Sequence record: DRR723986_10858
Length of the DNA: 35,192 nucleotides
Direction: 5' to 3' (one strand)
The position numbers and the translations under genes were made by a program. Position 1 is the first letter of the stretch, and each line of letters begins with the position of its first letter. Below the pieces are notes generated by a model that saw only the letters and a program-made list of their open reading frames with translations, ran no database searches and was not told where the DNA came from. Shown one piece after another: positions 29,107 to 35,192 of the stretch.

Positions 29107-29873
29107 GAATTACTCCACGGGTTAAATACTTCCTACCAAGGCAGGTCTGAAATTTTTCATTTGGGTAAAGGAATCCCTCGTTCTGTCTGCGGCAATTCTG
29201 GCGAATCACGTGCAGACAGGACATAGAAAGGGTGTGTCACGCATAGATGTTAATCTATGCGGACAGCTGCGGCTAAAGCCGTATGAGTTGTTTAATCAGA
29301 ACATTCAACCGAATGCATTTAACAGAATCAACACTCTGGCCTCAGTGACCAGGGGTAGTCCGCGTAGACGTGGCAGGGGGCAACCGTGAGCGATGTACAG
29401 ACTAGTGGGTTGAGGTTCGATAATGCTCGTGGTTTGCAGCGTCTGTTGATTCGTGCCAATCCAGTATATGGCGGTTTGTTTAATGTGATACGGTTTGTAT
29501 CGACCAGGCAATGTTTCCCAATTGAGGGAAAATGCACTGCCAGTCTTCTCCTTCAACTACTCCTTAATCACATCTATAAATATATCTTGTGTTGTACCCA
29601 GCACGATAAATATTTCCACCAATTCGCGATCAACTGTGTAACTTTTTGGCCCTTGCGGGATTGCAACAGACTGCCGAATTTTTCGCTGGGGTCACAAGGT
29701 AGACAGATGATTTGTTTAACGCAAGCCATATTTACAACTTTTTTCAAGACAGACACTACCGACGTATCAAGAGTTTAAAAAATCAGCCTTAACGTCTTGT
29801 TTTGGGCTATTTGCTCTGTGAAACAGTTCGAATATTTTAGGGGTGATTTTTGGGGAACGATCAAATTTATGGG

Positions 29874-30007
29874 TGACGAATTTTCGACAGGCCTATTAAG
29901 CCTGCAAAGTGCGATTCTGCCAGTCTGGTGCTGACGAATTTTCGTCAGGGATTTTTAACTTTTCAACTAAACATTTTTGCAAAAAGTGGTGACGAATTTT
30001 CGTCAGG
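29874..30007. promoter_or_regulatory. Three palindromic 18-bp repeats with exact 58-bp period (operator-like array)
   Basis: TGACGAATTTTCG(A/T)CAGG starting at 29874, 29932 and 29990; core TGACGAA-TT-TTCGTCA is an inverted repeat. Confidence 0.8.
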
Positions 30008-30072
30008 TTTAACAGTTAAGATTCTTGATTAGAGTCTCAATCCTCTCACTTGTTGTATACTCAAATTCTGCG

Positions 30073-30377
30073 TTGCAGCGCCCCTTCATCGATTCAGTGG
30101 CTCGCTTCTTGATGTTTGAGCGCTGCAGCACCTGCACTTCGCCAAGCTACGTTTAGCGCTTGGCTGTTTTGATTATGTTTGGCATTGTGGCAACAGATTT
30201 AAGTCTTAGAGCAAGACATAAACCTGTTGCGACGTCAGGAACAGAGTGGCTCGTCACAACCCGGTTCGCATTTGTGTGAGTGCGTGCGCGCCATGCCTGC
30301 GTCTCTCAATAACTGAAAGGTTTTCACCCGGCGACAAACAAAAAACTCAAAAAGCAAGCTGCTACGCAGCGCTGCAA
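30073..30377 (+). repeat. Copy D, complete ~305-bp element with inverted termini (MITE-like or structured ncRNA)
   Basis: Starts TTGCAGCGC and ends GCGCTGCAA, with a longer imperfect inverted match (GCTTCTTGA vs TCAAAAAGC); homologous to 1-242, 8021-8156, 12886-12942 and 34684-34908. Confidence 0.85.
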
Positions 30378-30480
30378 TGTATTAGAGCCTACCGCCGGCG
30401 GAACGACCTGAGCCTGTGCGCCAACAGAATGACCTTCCTATACTCATCCACTCCCCGGCAGACCTGCAACGAACCAGCGC

Positions 30481-31473
30481 TTAAATGGCGACTTCATTTG
30501 GACTTGTGCCAATGCTTGTAAAACAGTCCAGATTAAACACCGTAGTCTCAGCAATGTTTGTTAGCGCGGTCTCCGTCAGGAATGCCTGGTGGCTTGTAAT
30601 CAGAACGTTCTTGAAAGTCATCAGCCTGGCAATCGTGTCGTCCTGCAAGATATCCTCGGAGTGGTCCTCAAAAAAGAGTCCCTCTTCCTCTTCGTAGACA
30701 TCCAAACCAAAAGAACCAATATGTTTAATTTTCAGTGCGTCAATCACGGCCTTGGTGTTAACCAGCCCGCCACGGCTTGTATTAATCAACATCACTCCCG
30801 GCTTCATTTTTTGGATGCGTTCCCGGTCGATAATGTAGCGTGTATCTTCCGTCAGAGGGACTTGCAGGGTGATGATGTCGGCACGCGCACACAAAGAATC
30901 GCAGCTGGTATATTCAACGTCATACTTTGTACACAGTTCGGAATCTTCGAACTTATCATAGGCCAGAACCTTGCAGCCAAATCCATGCAGAATTTTAACC
31001 AACACGCGTCCAATCTTTCCCGTACCGATGATTCCGACCGTTGTTCCATTTAAGTCAAAACCCACCAATCCATCGAGCGAAAAGTTAAGATCCATCACAC
31101 GGTTGTGCGCCCGAATGAGTTTGCGGTTAAGTGCCAAAATCAGCGCTACCGTATGTTCGGCAATTGCATAGGGCGAATAGGCCGGAACGCGCGCCACCGA
31201 CATCCCCAGCTCAGCGGCTTTGTGCAGGTCAACATGGTTAAATCCCGCCGAACGCAATGCCAGATACTTAACTCCATGCTCGTGAAGCTTCTGCAGCACC
31301 TCAGCCCCGGCATCGTCACCGGCAAAAATACACACAGCCTCACAGCCCTCGGCAAGAGCCGCAGTCGTGAGCGAAAGTCGCGCTTCAATAAATTTCAACT
31401 CGTGCTTAATAGCGTTTGCTCGTAACAGATACGGCTTCTCAAATTTGTGTATGCTGAATACGGCTACTTTCAT
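30481..31473 (-). CDS. ldhA: D-lactate dehydrogenase (D-2-hydroxyacid dehydrogenase)
   Basis: ALRSAGFNHVD, RVPAYSPYAIAEH, GIIGTGKIG, INTSRGGL, LDVYEEEEGLFFED and NVLITSHQAFLT motifs. Confidence 0.95.
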   Translation of the reverse strand: MKVAVFSIHKFEKPYLLRANAIKHELKFIEARLSLTTAALAEGCEAVCIFAGDDAGAEVLQKLHEHGVKYLALRSAGFNHVDLHKAAELGMSVARVPAYSPYAIAEHTVALILALNRKLIRAHNRVMDLNFSLDGLVGFDLNGTTVGIIGTGKIGRVLVKILHGFGCKVLAYDKFEDSELCTKYDVEYTSCDSLCARADIITLQVPLTEDTRYIIDRERIQKMKPGVMLINTSRGGLVNTKAVIDALKIKHIGSFGLDVYEEEEGLFFEDHSEDILQDDTIARLMTFKNVLITSHQAFLTETALTNIAETTVFNLDCFTSIGTSPNEVAI

Positions 31474-31838
31474 TCTGTGGCGTCCTTAACATTTTGTTAA
31501 CAAAATGGCATATCCTGAATCAACTGTGAGCAGCAGCGCGGTGTCAAGAACCGTGAAATTTGGCAGCTGTTCATCAATTGAGAACTAAGATAGGTAGTAG
31601 GTCATTTAAAGACTATAAGGCCGCTCATATTTGGATATGACTTTGGTCAGGTTTGGACGCTAAATTCGCCCTAACGAAGTCACCATTGATGCCAAACTCT
31701 CAGCTCTGGACTGCGTAAAAGGGAAACCTATTTTTGGCGGCGGAGAAACGCGTTTATTCCTATCAAATAACTTCTGTCAACACACTGTCGGGGGACTCTA
31801 AAACAGTTCTTTTGCGATATATGGTTTCCGTGCCTAAA

Positions 31839-32864
31839 CTATTCCGTATCCTCATACATATAGGTTTTAAATGGCCGATGCCCAGTCCACAATCCGTCTT
31901 TTTTTTGCGCATACGTCCGGCAGGTTGTCACCATTTTTGTTTCAGATCCAAACCGTAGGTATTCAGTTCTCAACTCACTCCTTGCGTTAACAGCGGCTTG
32001 ACCTACGCCATTGGTTGCCAACAGAAGAGCACCGTCACGCCCTTCCCTCACTGACACATCAAGGATCCTTTGAACTTCTTTGACACCTGGACGTTGCTTG
32101 CTCCAATGCTTTATTTCCACGTTGTAAACGGCAAGCCCATCAATAGTAAAGTCAGCAACAATCAAATCTTTGCCGCCATCTTGCGCACTTTGCGTCAAAT
32201 GTACAGCATAGCCTAACTCCGTTAGCACAAGTGACATAAGGCGCTCCAAGTCTCTCCACTCGACCTGCCTCAAACTCGCTTCCGCCCGACCAATTGCAAG
32301 CGCAACTTTTTCAATCATATCTAGAACAAATTTGACGACTATATCCAATTCGGTCAAATCACTTGTCAATAGCTTTTCCAAGCGAGACCGAACGTCTTCA
32401 AAACTCCAAAGCTCGAGACGTGGGCCGGCAGAGCGCAATACCTTGGAACTAACATTCCAGTCAAAACCAGCTGGAGTGACCATTAGGACACGCGTTGGAT
32501 CTTGAGGTGCTAGAGTACTAACATGGTTTATTAGCGCTCCAGGGATCAAAGTACGCGGCTTGTTGTCACGAGAAAACTTGTAATCAATCAGGATACGATC
32601 GTCTCCACCGACAATATTTTCGGCAACTAAATCAAACCGGATCCCATCCTTCTCTAGTGCTTCTGTCTTGAGTTTATAACCAGATAGCGCAAAAAGAGGC
32701 TGCATTATTAAGGATATTGCATGTTCACTGACTTTATCTCCAGCATCTTTGTGTTTGTCCAACGCTGCGAGACACTCTCTAACAATCCGGTTTCGAGCAT
32801 CGGGAGCAAGTGACATTGCTTGCTTGCCTGTCAATGAGGCGCGTGTAAACTCATCGCGTAACAT
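31839..32864 (-). CDS. Mrr-like restriction endonuclease with two PD-(D/E)xK domains
   Basis: C-terminal WRDLERLM..VL..LGY.V.LT..AQDGGKDL...VEIK; N-terminal LF..SGY...RFDLVA...LIDYK...LMVT...LELW; SD AGAGG. Confidence 0.8.
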   Translation of the reverse strand: MLRDEFTRASLTGKQAMSLAPDARNRIVRECLAALDKHKDAGDKVSEHAISLIMQPLFALSGYKLKTEALEKDGIRFDLVAENIVGGDDRILIDYKFSRDNKPRTLIPGALINHVSTLAPQDPTRVLMVTPAGFDWNVSSKVLRSAGPRLELWSFEDVRSRLEKLLTSDLTELDIVVKFVLDMIEKVALAIGRAEASLRQVEWRDLERLMSLVLTELGYAVHLTQSAQDGGKDLIVADFTIDGLAVYNVEIKHWSKQRPGVKEVQRILDVSVREGRDGALLLATNGVGQAAVNARSELRTEYLRFGSETKMVTTCRTYAQKKDGLWTGHRPFKTYMYEDTE

Positions 32865-32932
32865 CTCGTTCCTCTACTATAGAATTAGACCGGCATCTTG
32901 TACAAACATCAGGTGAGTCTCAATTCTCCCCC

Positions 32933-34450
32933 TCAATGCACATAATGCAGCCGCCCACGCTCATCAGTCTCAAACTTGTAAATATCCCAGCGCTTGGACT
33001 TCGACCGTTGCGCCTCCAGCCGCTGTGTTACAATCATGCGTTCACCGTCACAACGCACGTTAATCATGCCGTAGTTAGCCACCGAACGCTCAATGACTTT
33101 CAGATGTTCGTCTAGGCGCTTGCTCGCGGCACGTTTCTGTTTGGCTGTAGCCTCATCGTCATGAATCACACTCATTTCCTTTTCGATCTTGCCGCGCAGC
33201 TCCCGACGCACCAGGTTCGGGTGTTTAATCGACTCCTTGCCCGAGCGCGCCAATTCAGTCGAAAATATTAAAGGTCTGTCGGAACGGCTGTATTTACCGA
33301 TCATGCCCAAGGTGTCGGGCCGCGGGTGACTGTGTGGTTCATTGTCTCCGCTCGAAATCACGGTCGCCAGCGGATTTGTCGCCTGTAGAAACGTTGTGCT
33401 GACATGTGAACTGCCGTGGTGGCATGCCTTCGCAATATCAACTTCAAAATGTTTACGGCCTTCGTCTACCAGCAGCTGCAAATCACCAATCGTTTTGGGT
33501 CGCGCGTCCAGGCCCGTGTAATGTTCCAGCAGATAATCCTGCGACTTCTCGTTTAAGTCGCCACCCAGTAGCATTTTGATTTTACCGATCTCCAATAATA
33601 AAACAACAGAATGTCCATTTTTTGTCTCGCCGACACTTCCCAGTTTTGGTAGCGCAACTTTGCCATCCGGCAGAATCCGTGGCACGGGCCCCAACACTTT
33701 GAGCGTCATTCCAGCCTTATCGGTCGGTCCGTAACCGGGCAGATACCCAGGATCTTCAACTTCGGGTTTTGCGAGTACACCAATTATATCTTCCACGCGC
33801 CCAGATTCGACGGCCGTTTTTAACATATTTGGATACAGGCGCCGGCCACACCGTGTTTTACTTTTGGTAATGCTTGCCAATTCAGTCTTGGTTTGCACTA
33901 AATCTGTTAAGTATTTTTTACGACCTATTTTCCGTTCAGTACCCAGCGAGCTTTTTCCGCCCTGTACCTGCTCAACGATACTATTGTGGTACAAGGTACC
34001 GACATGTACTTTCTCGTGTTCCAGCAGTGGTTTAAAACCGTTGTAATGGTCTTTATCCGGGTGGCTGACAATAAATGATTCGAACTTAAACCTACGTGCG
34101 AACCGGCCATAACGCCAGCGCAAGAACCGGTACATGTTGTCACCTTCACCGGCATCAATTACTATCGCTTTGTCTTTCATTGTTTGTACATGGCATCCAT
34201 CGCCCTGGCCAATATCAACAAAGTTAACTTCCAGAATCCGATCCGCCTGCAAGTTGTCTTTACGCACCCATCCGCTGCGGCCCCGCGTACGCACTTTAAC
34301 CCAGTTGCCTTTAACTTCTTCAACGCGCGCCCAGTCGCCCCACAAAAGTTCGTTAATAGCGGTTTTGCCGCGTTTAGCCGTGTCCGTTCCCGGGGTTTTA
34401 TACTGCACAGCATTGGGGTAACTTATGTACATGCTTTTGCCGACTTTCAT
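32933..34450 (-). CDS. SH3-like plus ComEC/Rec2-type metallo-beta-lactamase-fold hydrolase
   Basis: FVDIGQGDG, IDAG, SHPDKDH, GGD, KACHHGS and SSGDN..HSHP motifs; N-terminal LLWGDW..GNWVKV...SGWV SH3b-like segment; start could alternatively be 34432. Confidence 0.9.
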   Translation of the reverse strand: MKVGKSMYISYPNAVQYKTPGTDTAKRGKTAINELLWGDWARVEEVKGNWVKVRTRGRSGWVRKDNLQADRILEVNFVDIGQGDGCHVQTMKDKAIVIDAGEGDNMYRFLRWRYGRFARRFKFESFIVSHPDKDHYNGFKPLLEHEKVHVGTLYHNSIVEQVQGGKSSLGTERKIGRKKYLTDLVQTKTELASITKSKTRCGRRLYPNMLKTAVESGRVEDIIGVLAKPEVEDPGYLPGYGPTDKAGMTLKVLGPVPRILPDGKVALPKLGSVGETKNGHSVVLLLEIGKIKMLLGGDLNEKSQDYLLEHYTGLDARPKTIGDLQLLVDEGRKHFEVDIAKACHHGSSHVSTTFLQATNPLATVISSGDNEPHSHPRPDTLGMIGKYSRSDRPLIFSTELARSGKESIKHPNLVRRELRGKIEKEMSVIHDDEATAKQKRAASKRLDEHLKVIERSVANYGMINVRCDGERMIVTQRLEAQRSKSKRWDIYKFETDERGRLHYVH

Positions 34451-34683
34451 AGTGGTACCGCGAATAGTGAATGTTAAATGTAGATTGCCACAATACTATA
34501 TTTTGGTTCACCAAAAATAGGACGAAATGGCGTAATTCAAAATACGGTCAGCACAATTACAGTAAATGGCTGCTTACGTGTTCCCAGGCGGGAGCCCGTT
34601 TTAAGTACGCAGGTATACACTCAGGTCAAATTAATTGCGACCACAATGCTTCAACTTCTTCAGATCATATCACATAACAGGCA

Positions 34684-34908
34684 TGAGCGCTGCGCCCCGG
34701 TCACCTCAGCAGACTTCGGTTTGGTGGCTGGCTGTTTCCTCTTGGTAGTACCGCTGGGCTGCGCACCCCAAGCCTCAATCCCCTGAGAGTTTCAGTCTTT
34801 TTTGCCGATGTGCCGATGTGTCTTTGAGTCTGGAGCAGTATTTGTGTGCTTGCGCCGGATCCAGGGCATTCACGTCTGACGGCGCAGAGTCTTGCCCAAT
34901 TTTCCCGG
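34684..34908 (+). repeat. Copy E (internal fragment) of the ~305-bp element
   Basis: TGAGCGCTGC.GCCC..TCAC.TCAG..ACTTCG.TTTGGTG..TGGC.TGTTT matches ~8066-8121; GAGCAGT.ATTTGTGTG and TTTTCCCGG follow at about the same offsets as in copy D. Confidence 0.7.
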
Positions 34909-35073
34909 ACACTTATGCAGTTTTTAGGTCCGTTCAGCGGCGAATACAGTCACTTTAGCAAGTAGTGTTTGTTTGGAGGCATGCATCCTGTGCATTTTGG
35001 TACTTGTTAATCCTCCGGAGGATCAACCGCGCAGTCAGGGCCCGCAGAAACTTAGGTGATGACGGGTTGTATT

Positions 35074-35119
35074 AAAATGGGAGCACGCTTCAAATCGTAG
35101 TGCGTGCCCTCAAAAAAAA
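35074..35119 (-). terminator. Possible terminator for a gene beyond the right edge
   Basis: GCACGC...GCGTGC stem with flanking A-tracts. Confidence 0.3.
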
Positions 35120-35192
35120 TCCCGAAAAGTTGGGCAGGGAGAGTTGTGTTCTAGTTTTTTTGGTATGGTCATGGCCTTCTGGTGGCGGTGGC

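Noticed and set aside
29305-29778. Short ORFs (130 aa +, 83/69/60 aa -) upstream of the giant operon
   Set aside because: Mutually overlapping, atypical composition, no recognisable motifs
29874-30007. CRISPR array
   Set aside because: Only three 18-bp repeats (shorter than typical CRISPR repeats), one AT-rich low-complexity spacer, and no cas genes in the window; kept as an operator-like array
32933-34450. Calling the gene comEC or a beta-lactamase
   Set aside because: No membrane competence domain and no signal peptide; only the fold is supported
34803-34820. TGCCGATG tandem duplication
   Set aside because: Two copies of 8 bp; a trivial slippage event

Overview
Accessory-looking region (~49% GC) from an FCB-group bacterium. 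A T9SS-type C-terminal sorting domain together with clear Shine-Dalgarno motifs suggests a non-Bacteroidia lineage (inference). Left to right: (1) a TPR-LuxR regulator and a 1412-aa secreted double beta-propeller protein; (2) a cassette of three tandem ~148-aa tail-fibre-like paralogues, one hypothetical gene, a divergent helical-repeat protein and an SRPBCC protein; (3) a 16-kb minus-strand three-gene operon (1300-aa FN3-type, ~824-aa beta-helix, and a 3182-aa giant with a DUF6603-like beta region, nested modules and six jelly-roll repeats) with no export signals, a low-GC middle segment and a 58-bp-phased palindrome triplet upstream; (4) ldhA, a tandem Mrr-like nuclease and an SH3-MBL hydrolase. 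Five same-orientation copies or fragments of an unannotated ~305-bp non-coding element with inverted ends sit at the boundaries of these modules, and GTTAAC is about 4-fold over-represented. The best candidates for novelty are the giant operon and the module-delimiting repeat. All family names come from motif recognition by eye, not database searches.
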